DNA of 56,419 nucleotides, the filler included, from Dimargaris cristalligena (lineage: Eukaryota), in assembly GCA_003614675.1 (NCBI GenBank). It is 3 parts of 3 records of this genome, joined end to end, with 100 filler letters (N's around TTAATTAATTAA, not from the genome) between each part and the next. Parts side by side here need not be neighbours in the genome. Positions count along the whole stretch, not along the records: positions 37,706 to 56,419 come from ML002758.1; 2 more parts are not named here. One strand, given 5' to 3'. A model generated the notes under the pieces. That model saw only the letters and a list, made by a program, of their open reading frames with translations, searched no databases and was not told the origin of the DNA. Below, piece after piece: positions 47,322 to 56,419 of the stretch. Position 1 is the stretch's first letter; each line of letters starts with the position of its first letter. A program made the translations under genes and the position numbers.

Positions 47322-48313
47322 CGAGACTTACAACGAAACAACCGCTGGCTTCATTGAATCACTTTGGGCTGGGACATTGGTCTACGGATAGACGATATGG
47401 TAAACAAGGTGCCAGTTTTTCCGGCCCAGTGAGATTCCAAATGGTGGTGGGGATGATACACGGGGTTTCGGCAGCCCCAATTCCCCGTTCTATGATAGGA
47501 TTTACCTTCCTTCGCCGTCCATCTAATGTAGATGGGCCCTTCAAAGGAACGTTCCTTTCATCACATTGAGTTGGAGTGTGACCGATAGTTTTGGTCACTC
47601 CCATTGTGTAGGGCCTGGTGGTGATTATTATCCACCACCACTGCCTCTACCTCCACCTCTTTCTCCCCCTCCCTCTGTCGCCTTTCCTCTACCACCTTAC
47701 ATTTACCACCACCCAAATGGCAGCTACTTTATGAGGGGACTTGGTGCCACGTCCAAGTAAGGGGAGTAAAGGGTTCACAGTCACACACACCCATTAACAT
47801 ATAGGGCAAAATAGCAGCGTCATATTGTACTCTACAATGAGGAGACACCCTCCTCCTCTTTCTCCTGTTCGACCAGATGTGGGCCAATCGTGTTAGAGGT
47901 AAGGTGGGACCAATAGTGCCGTGGATGGGTCGTTTTATTCACTCAGGTATTCTGTAATTGGGCCGGTGGTCTCATTATTGGGCTCTCCTATGTATATGCG
48001 CTTTAAGGGTCCGACCGTTGGCGCTCTCCTATTAGACCACTGGGCGTATCTTCTTGTCACTAGGCTCTCTCTCTCTCTCTCTATATATATATGTACGCGA
48101 CCCTTTTAGACCCCGCCTTGTTCTCCCCGTGCGACTTGTCCATGCCTCCCAGTCCGTTCCCTTGATTACTCTCTGCTCTACCTGCTGCTGTATAGCTTAC
48201 AACTATTATTATTTTTATTATTGCCATTTACATTACTTTTACGATTTAACCCCCTCCCCCCTAAGCGCTTCTCTCTTTCTGTGTGCGTGCGTGTGTATTC
48301 TCCCCTGCCCACC

Positions 48314-48952
48314 ATGAATATCTTCCGCCTCGTCGCCGATCTCCTCCATTTAGCGTCCATCTTCATCCTGCTCCTCAAAATCCAGCAAACCAAGTCATGC
48401 GCCGGTGTCTCCCTCAAAACGCAGGCCCTGTACTTCGTGGTCTTTGTGACGCGCTACCTGGACCTGTTCACGCATTTCTATTCCGTGTACAATAGTCTCA
48501 TGAAACTCTTCTTCATTGCTTCGTCCGCCTACATTGTCTATCTCATGTGGAAGCCTTATCGTCCGACGTACAGCGCCAGCACCGATACCTTCCGGGCGGA
48601 ATTTTTAATTGTGGGGGCCGCTCTGTTGGGTCTGGCTTTTCCGGACTCGTGGCATATTCTGGATATTTTGTGGTCGTTTTCCATTTACCTGGAGGCGGTG
48701 GCGATTTTGCCCCAGTTGTTTCAAATGACCCGGACCGGCGAAGCGGAGACCATTACTTCGCACTATGTGTTTGCGCTGGGCGCGTACCGGGCGCTGTACC
48801 TCATGAATTGGATTTACCGGTATTATACCGAGGGCTACATGGACGTCATTGCTTGGGTCGCCGGCGCCGTTCAGACTATCCTATACGCCGACTTCTTCTA
48901 CATTTATCTCACCCGAGTCATGCGCGGCCGCCTCTTCAGCCTCCCCGTGTAA
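48314..48952 (+). CDS. ERD2: ER lumen protein-retaining (HDEL/KDEL) receptor, single exon
   Basis: Motifs MNIFRLVADLLH, SCAGVSLKTQ, RYLDLF, WSFSIYLEAVAILPQL and QTILYADFFY. 212 aa. Confidence 0.97.
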   Translation: MNIFRLVADLLHLASIFILLLKIQQTKSCAGVSLKTQALYFVVFVTRYLDLFTHFYSVYNSLMKLFFIASSAYIVYLMWKPYRPTYSASTDTFRAEFLIVGAALLGLAFPDSWHILDILWSFSIYLEAVAILPQLFQMTRTGEAETITSHYVFALGAYRALYLMNWIYRYYTEGYMDVIAWVAGAVQTILYADFFYIYLTRVMRGRLFSLPV

Positions 48953-49691
48953 ATGACGCGCGACTCAATAGAGCAGATCGGGACGAGATGGAGTGAGATA
49001 TACATTTGGACATTGTTCTTCTTCCCTGTCGTTGTCCTCGTCCCCCCCTCCTCTACCTTCTACCACCCCCACTTCAGTCAGACAGTGTTCGGATGGTATT
49101 AGGTCCTCTGGCTGGCCTGCCACTCCCCCTAGTCACTCTTCAATAACTTAAGTTCGTTGGCAATCAATATCTCCAACCGCCGGCCCTTCTTTTTTAGACC
49201 CTTTATGGTGGGTGGTTTTTTTATAAGTACACAGACGAGCCAGTGGTTCCTTTGTTCTCACTAAACTGGCGCCGTTTGCCCGTACCATGAGTACCATTCA
49301 GCTGACTATCCATAAGCTGTATATCTTTCCTTTATCGCCCTTCTCTTTCCTCGTATTGTTTTTTTTTCTTTTTCATGTTTTGCTTGATCCCCTTGTCTTC
49401 TAGGCGATGTGCCTTTTCCAATAAACCATAACTACTGTGTCTCTCTTGGGTATATATATTATATTGGTTGTACGGGCATCTTAGATTCAGAGGTGAATCG
49501 GCGAAGTATGTCCAAGAGAGGGAGGAAGGTATTGTCCGTCAATACTCCTCCCAAATAAAAATAAAATTGAATAGAGCATAATAATCTACAGAAGGATTGC
49601 GCCCGGACTGGGAGAGGGGTACGTGTAAGCCCTGTTTTCATCCTCGCATGGCAGCTAGAGGCAGGAGAGAGTGAACGTGAAAGTGAGAGCC

Positions 49692-50117
49692 TTAATCCAT
49701 GCGCCATGCCATACCATCGGACATGGCCCGACTATTCTTGGCGTCTTGCTCACGCAATTCCTGGGTGGTCATTTTCTGTTGTTGGGCGAGCTGTTTGGCC
49801 AATTTGCCTGGACCACCGGAGCTACTAGCACCCCGCGCCTGGGCTTGGCGCGCGCGTTTTTCAGCGGCGGCTAATACGGCGGTACGGTCCGGCTGTTGTT
49901 GTTGTTGTGGCTGTGAAGCTGGATGAGGGGACTCATCACTACTACCGAGCCGATAGGAACCTCCGACGATCTTACCGCTGTAGGCGGCGGCTGGTTTGGT
50001 TATGGGTTGCATGGGGTAGTCGCGCTGTTGCGCGGAACCGTGGGGCCGAGCAGAGGAGGTGGTGGTCGGGCGTCTAGTAGGCCGGTCGTCCTCGGGACTC
50101 GAACAGCAGCCGCCCAT
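49692..50117 (-). CDS. Small acylated protein with VCP/Cdc48-interacting motif (SVIP-like)
   Basis: MGGCCS N-terminus (myristoylation and palmitoylation pattern). RTAVLAAAEKR fits the VIM consensus R-x5-AA-x2-R. C-terminal MAWRMD resembles the SVIP LRWTV tail. Confidence 0.75.
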   Translation of the reverse strand: MGGCCSSPEDDRPTRRPTTTSSARPHGSAQQRDYPMQPITKPAAAYSGKIVGGSYRLGSSDESPHPASQPQQQQQPDRTAVLAAAEKRARQAQARGASSSGGPGKLAKQLAQQQKMTTQELREQDAKNSRAMSDGMAWRMD

Positions 50118-51630
50118 CGGGAATTTAGTAGTACTTTAGAATCGTAAGGGGGAGAATGTACAGGTTTGGGTTGGGTTGAGCAGGGCTTGGAAATGAGGGC
50201 CGTTGGGGTTAAACCTAGGGAGAGTAAGGGGTATTGTTTTCTTTGGGGAGTGGGTGAGGTATAATGGAAGAATGGAAGGCGAAAATCAGTTGGACTGGAA
50301 GCCATATGAATAGGGTGGAAGGGGAATTGTTCTGGTGGTCCGCCTTTCACCAGGGTCCAGCCCAGGATAGCGCAGGGCTGCTTTGACAGCGTTGGAGGGG
50401 TTACTACAATAGAGAAGGTACAAGTGGGAACAGGTTCCCTTCTTCCTTTCACTTATGCTTCTACTTTTATGTCTACGTCTTCTGCTTCAGCCGTACTTGG
50501 GCGGGTGGCGGTGGCAGCGACCTGCGCGAGTTTACCGCAGGGAGGCGATATTAAATTCTACTATAATAAACGGGTTTGGCTAATTAGTTGGTGGGTTGGG
50601 TGGGGCGTGGGACGCCCAAAGGGAGAGAAAGAGGGTACCCTACCGGCGATGGTCATCAAGGAAGAAGGGCCTAGGAGCAGAACCCCAAACCTTTAATAAC
50701 CAGCTCCGATAAACCCGTGGACCTGGTTGCGAATCTATAAAATAAACAGCCCCCCTTTGCTTACTACATCTCCGCTTACTGAATACATCTCGTGTTGGTC
50801 TTTGGTACGCGATAGGTTAAGTCTAGGGCAGTTTGACTACTCTTTTTTACTGAAATGGTCGAGACGAGTGGATTATATTGGTCAATTTTATGTCCTTTGG
50901 GTGCGTCTGCCTATCAGCACAACCCGTTGGGAATTCATGGCCCATGGACTGACTTGAATTATTGGGTAGAGTGCGTCAATTGGGGGTGAACATGGTGGTG
51001 GCCTAGGGGACCTACCTATATATGATATACACCCCCGACTAAAGATACCGTCGCAACTGGCCAACGGTTTTTGTGATAGTGGGGGACCTATTTTAGGGCA
51101 AGGCGAATTAAAAAGAAGCGTTTTTGAGAGAGATAGATAGATGGGTGGTCTAGTGTATACAATGAAGGTGTATTAGGTTTAGTGAATGGGTTAAATGTGA
51201 GAGTATTGTAATGTGGTGGGGGATAATTTGGCCCCCAAACCACCCAAATTAGCGAGCTAGTAAAAAGAAAAGAATAGGAGAGGGTGGTGGTGGTGGTCTT
51301 TGTGGCTGTCACCCGACCCTCCCCCTCACGTATAAAAGTATTAGTAGTAGTATTGGTATTGGTATTAGTTTAGGAGTAGTATTAGTGCTACTTTGACACC
51401 GATCTCCCTTCCGGTTGTTTCCTTTCTTTTCCTTTCCGTTCCTTTCTTCCGTCCGATTCCTCCGTCTTTGGTCCTACGCACCTTCCTCTCTCTTCTCTCC
51501 GTGGATTTATCCGAACCATTCCTCTCTGCTTGATTGCCCTCTCGTAACTCTATTCCCCCGGGTAGTCTGCCTCTGTACAGTACTTCTACCTCTAGCCAGA
51601 GCGGCCTCTCCCAGTCCTCACCCCTCCACC

Positions 51631-52641
51631 ATGGCGACCACGTCTTCTTCAACTCCCGCCGACCAAGCCGAGCCGGCCACCCAGCGGTCTTCCTCCTCCC
51701 CCGCCCCCCCTTCCCTCCTGCCCGCGGCCCTCAGTATGGTGATGGTTAAACATCTGGTGGCCGGAGGGATGGCTGGCGCCGTGTCCCGTACCGTGGTCAG
51801 TCCCCTCGAGCGCATGAAAATCCTGTTCCAAGTGCAGGGCCCGGGCGCGACCAATTACCAGGGCGTCTGGCCGACCCTGGTCAAAATCTGGCGGGAGGAG
51901 GGCGCCCTCGGCTATATGCGGGGCAACGGCACCAATGTGATCCGTATCGTTCCGTACAGCGCGGTCCAGTTTGCCGCGTACGAACAACTCAAGAAGTTGT
52001 TGATGCCTGCCGGAAAAACGGAACTCAACACCCAACGGCGGCTCATGGCCGGAGCGGGGGCCGGCATTGCTTCCGTGGCCGCCACGTACCCGCTCGACAT
52101 TGTGCGGACCCGGCTGAGTGTCCAGAGCGGCCAATTGAGCCTGCAGGATCTCCCGCTGGGGCCCAAGGGTCGGCCGGTGATCCCGAAATTACCCGGCATC
52201 TGGCCCACGTTGCTGACCATCGTGCGGACCGAAGGCGGGTGGCTAGGGTTGTATGCCGGACTCTGGCCTACCTTGCTGGGCGTCGCCCCTTACGTGGCCC
52301 TGAATTTCCAGTGCTACGAAGTGCTCCGGAAATATTTCACTCCCGAGGGGGAATCCGCGCCCACGGCCGTGCGCAAACTGGCGTGCGGTGCGCTGGCCGG
52401 ATCCATTGCCCAAACCATCACGTACCCCCTCGATGTTCTGCGGCGTCGGATGCAAGTGACGGGCATGTCGAGTATGCAGTACAAGTACCGTAATACGCGG
52501 CACGCCGTGTCCGAAATGATCAAAAACGAGGGCGTCGCTGGGCTGTATAAGGGATTGATTCCGAATTACCTCAAAGTGGCCCCGGCCATCGGCGTCAGTT
52601 TCTTGACATACGAATGGTGCAAGGAAATGCTGGGCGTGTAG
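51631..52641 (+). CDS. Mitochondrial carrier (SLC25), YPR011C/ADNT1/SLC25A42-like
   Basis: Three P-x-[DE]-x-x-[KR] repeats (PLERMK, PLDIVR, PLDVLR) and RGNGTNVIRIVPYSAVQF. ATG at 51631. Confidence 0.93.
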   Translation: MATTSSSTPADQAEPATQRSSSSPAPPSLLPAALSMVMVKHLVAGGMAGAVSRTVVSPLERMKILFQVQGPGATNYQGVWPTLVKIWREEGALGYMRGNGTNVIRIVPYSAVQFAAYEQLKKLLMPAGKTELNTQRRLMAGAGAGIASVAATYPLDIVRTRLSVQSGQLSLQDLPLGPKGRPVIPKLPGIWPTLLTIVRTEGGWLGLYAGLWPTLLGVAPYVALNFQCYEVLRKYFTPEGESAPTAVRKLACGALAGSIAQTITYPLDVLRRRMQVTGMSSMQYKYRNTRHAVSEMIKNEGVAGLYKGLIPNYLKVAPAIGVSFLTYEWCKEMLGV

Positions 52642-54020
52642 TCTTGGTAATAGTAGTAGTAATGGTGGTGATTTCACCGCTATTAATGTATAAACAAGGG
52701 GGGGGGTTCAATAGAAGTAGTAGGAGTAGTAGCAGTAGCAGTAGGCGGTGGTGTGTGATTTTGTTGGAGGTATATATATATATATATATGAGAATAATCT
52801 AGCGACATCTCTCAATCTCTAAGTTACCCTCCTCCTCCTCCTTTTTATAATGATGGCCCGTACCCGTGCTTTATTCCTTATCTAATCTCCAGCGAACTTG
52901 TCTTCTCGACTCGTCTGTGAGTGACCCTCTCTTCTTTCATGATCTCATTGTTTCTTCATATCCCCCTTCCTCTGTGGGCGGTGACACTCCGCTTCCCTTC
53001 TATTTAATTCCCCCTCCCGCCTACTGCAATATCGATTTAAATCCCTTGCTTTCGATGTTATTGGCATGCGTACATCATGAGTGGGTGAGTGTTTGTGTCT
53101 GTCTGTGTCTGTGCCTGTGTAGGTATGGGCGGCTCGTCTTATCCCCCCTTGTGTGGTTCACCCAAATCACCTCCCCGAAAATGAGGTACCCTTCCTTCCT
53201 TTTTAACCACCCCCGGTACTTCTCCAACTATTTATTTATTTATAATTGATTGATTGATTGATTGATTATTCTTTCGTTAACCCTGTTGCTTGGCTCTTTA
53301 TCAGCTTGCTTCCGTTTTTAGAAACCTCCCCTCCCCATACCTTCGCACTACATCCCCCCTACAAACACCTCTCTCTCTCTCTCTTCCCCCATTCTAGTAA
53401 ATAGATGCATTTCCATCCCTGCCCGCTTATTTGGTAAATGTGACTAACTGACGGTAGGGTGAGGAGAATAACCAGTAATTAATTGGTGCCGGAATTTAGG
53501 CATAAACGAATTAATTTAAGTGAGGGGGTTGGTTATCCGGCCAGCCACCCGGGCGTATCTCAGCTAAATTATACAAACGAAAGCTAATAGTAGAATCCCT
53601 TCATCATTAATTGACCACCACCACACTATAAAAGGACTCAGAGTTAATTAACCGTGGTGATTGGCTGTTGTTTTTTTTCTCTCTCTTTTGAATATATTTA
53701 CTAAACCGGCATATATGTGGTACTCAGACATATGCATTCACTTTGTTTCCCATTCCGTTTGTTGTTTTCTCTCTCTTTAATTCTCATTTAATACCCTCTA
53801 GCATGTGTCCCACTTCTTTCCCTAAACTCATGTATTTCTAACTAGTTGCATTTCCTCTTTTAACTCTATCAGGCCGAGTATTTTCTCTTGGGGGCGCGTC
53901 TTAACCCTAGAGACTCACATACTCGCCATAGCCCATTCCATTCCACTCCCTTAATTCATATTCATATTTAGTATCGCCCCCTCTTATATTTATATACATA
54001 TATACCCTCATAACTCCACC

Positions 54021-56320
54021 ATGCTACCGGAGAATCCGCCCTCGCCACCACTGTCTTCCACCGAGTTGCCCCTGACTTTATCCAAAACCGAACCCTCATT
54101 AGGCCCCGCCCGCGTCTACGGCCCGGATTTCACCCACGCCGACGGCCGAACCGTACTCCATTGGTTGGAAACTCAGGAAGCCCTCCAGGTTTCCCGGTCC
54201 CTAATTAACGCCAGTCGCTTCCAGCGCTTTTATTTCGGCAGTGTGCGGGGAGTGGCGCCCCGGTCAACTATTAGACCGTGGCCTTGCCAACCTCGGAGTT
54301 TTCCATGGTAAGTCAATTTTCTTATTCTTTATATATACATGTCACTTTTCTGTTAATAGGGCGTCTTCTCACAACTCTTCCGCCACGTATTTTATACGTT
54401 CAGCCCTATTTACTCCCCCTATTTTTGTCAGTGCATGGGTCAACCCGCGTTTCAAGCCTGCGTAATAAAGGCCCGCCCACTCATATTTCCTTTACTCTTC
54501 AGGGATAACCCAGTGTCACTAAGTGACCTTATATTCTTGTATTTCTATTATTATACTGTTCTCTCTTCCCGCTCCTCTCTTCATCTCTCACTACTCCACG
54601 AATTTTACGTGCCTCTTACACCTATAGGAAAATCGATGCGGGTAAATTTATGGATTGTCCTGCAAAGGAAGGCGGCGTACTAGACAATCCCGATGACCGG
54701 TGTCTATCTTCCATTAGTCTAAAAAGCCCATGTACCACATTTGCTTGTGAAACGGGTGCAGCCGGCAATAATCCCGATATCGACTATAGCAAAAGTGACG
54801 ACGATGACGAAGTAATGCCCAATATTCCACTTCTGGTTTCAGACCTGCCACTCCCACCATCGCTAGATCTTTCATTAGATTCTTCAACCGCGCTAGGTAA
54901 ACGGAAACGTGCCGACTCACTTGAACACATATCGTCTTTCGTAACTCCCGATTCCTCAGCCCCGTCACTAAAAACAAAAATAACGACAGCCCCAGCTACC
55001 GCTACCACTACTACTCACCATCCCCCACTCCGACCCCGGCCCAACTACAACCTAGTCAACGTCAATGAACTGCCCCACCAACTCTACAATGGCACAGGTA
55101 AAGCCGCGAAACGTCTGGTTCCGTACCTTTACCGCGATCAACTCGATAAAGTGCGAAGGTGTTGGGGTTTACAACGACACCATCCTCCTACTATTCTGGA
55201 CCGTCAGGTCACAGCCCTGCCTGCTCCCCCCATTTTCCGGATCAACTATTTGCGACCGGGTTTGGAACGGCTGATCCAGGAAGTGTGGCAACACGACAGT
55301 GCCTTGTTACTACCACCAACCCCACTACCATCAGCCAAACACACCGGTACCCCTCCTGTACCTTTATCTACTACATCGATTAATAATGCTACACCATCGA
55401 AATTCGACGGCAGCTATCGTCGGCCGGTTTACTCGTCACCCCCGCCTTCCGCCGATTCATCTCCGCCTTCGTCGCCGTCCCTAGCACCAACCTCCGCCGA
55501 TAGCCGGGCTTCTTCCCCGTACTCTTCGTCGACTGATACTCCGTCCGATTCCAAAACGGCTAATCATCCCCCCACCCGATCCATCAAGTGCCCAGCCCAA
55601 TTGCCCCCCGTTCCGCCGGACTTGTTCGACTTGGTTGTGAACGAATTGGGGTATACAATTGAAGGGTTTTTCAAAAATCTCAACAATGTTCGAAGTGTCA
55701 CGTAAGTCTCTGATCTGATCATATATATGGGAGGGGAATTCCAGGTGAAAGGAGAAGAAGGAAGTCCCCTCACGTGCTCTTCAATGAATACCCGTTCGGA
55801 CCTGCATTTTCTTTTTTTTTAAAAAAAAATATATATTATTATAATATCGCCTCCATCTTTTATGGTTCGTATTCTAAAAAAATGCCAGATCGGTGACCCG
55901 GGCCGAGGGTGCTTCTAAAATAGACTGGCGAACCGTCTTCACCACCGGCAATGCGCTTGGTTTACCGGAAGAGTAAGTACAATTATCCACCCTGACTGAA
56001 ATTGGTCTCCGCTATACGGCTGGCGGACTTTGGTTAGGCCGAAAATTAAGCAACTAGTTGTTGTTGTTTTATATATATATATAATGGCCCGCTTGAATAG
56101 ATTGTAGTTGTAACCTAGGCTAATACCCACCTACTGAATTGACCTCCAATCAATGGCTGCACCAACCGACTTCCCCTCATCCACAACCTTATGCATGCCC
56201 ATATATACATATTACAGAGTTCTTCAAAATACGTATCGACGCATGGCTTCCTTGGATCCCGATACCCGGTTTACTGTTGAAAAATTTATCGAACGAACTC
56301 CCCATAATGGTCGAAATGAG
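54021..56320 (+). CDS. Hypothetical multi-exon protein, 3'-incomplete; exons 54021-54307, 54628-55701, probably 56218-56320
   Basis: A phase-2 GTAAGT...TAG intron joins ORFs 54021 and 54650 in frame. The apparent stop at 55703 overlaps a GTAAGT donor that is phase-compatible with the CAG acceptor at 56217. A further donor, GTAAAT, lies at 56321. Confidence 0.65.
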
Positions 56321-56419
56321 GTAAATAAGACCATCTATTTTATGCTTAGTTTCTAACCATACTACCCTGTTTTTAAGACCCCCCCCCCCCCCAAAAAAAA
56401 ATGGATTGAAATGTAGGGT

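Noticed and set aside
6894-52641. Sulfur-metabolism cluster (Met30/SconB plus YPR011C-like carrier plus methyltransferases)
   Set aside because: The genes are on different concatenated contigs.

Overview
Eukaryotic, fungal-type genomic DNA with GT-AG introns and CTAAC/CTAAT branch points. The gene content suggests an early-diverging fungus, but that is inference only. The window is not one locus. It consists of three pieces of 18,766, 18,739 and 18,714 bp joined by identical artificial 100-bp spacers (N44-TTAATTAATTAA-N44), so no linkage should be inferred across 18767-18866 or 37606-37705. Piece 1 holds a nest of solo LTRs, a PRL/PTP4A-like phosphatase, a Met30/SconB F-box-WD40 protein, an alpha/beta hydrolase, a secreted Kex2-type repeat-peptide precursor and an Mpo1/DUF962 dioxygenase. 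Piece 2 holds CpG-depleted transposon relics, a frame-broken secreted orphan, an internally repetitive orphan, tRNA-Gln(CTG) and CLASP/Stu1. Piece 3 holds a CNMT/CFA-synthase-like methyltransferase, METTL26/DUF938, DUF1764, ETF-beta, ERD2, an SVIP-like protein, a mitochondrial carrier and a 3'-truncated unknown gene. The most striking item, split up in the ORF track, is 13417-15084: a signal peptide, then a Lys/Arg-free acidic pro-region, then eight RR-delimited cationic peptides of about 50 aa. Each peptide has a conserved 29-aa core and a variable His/Tyr/Lys-rich tail. The frame is interrupted by one TAG where all sister repeats have Gln.
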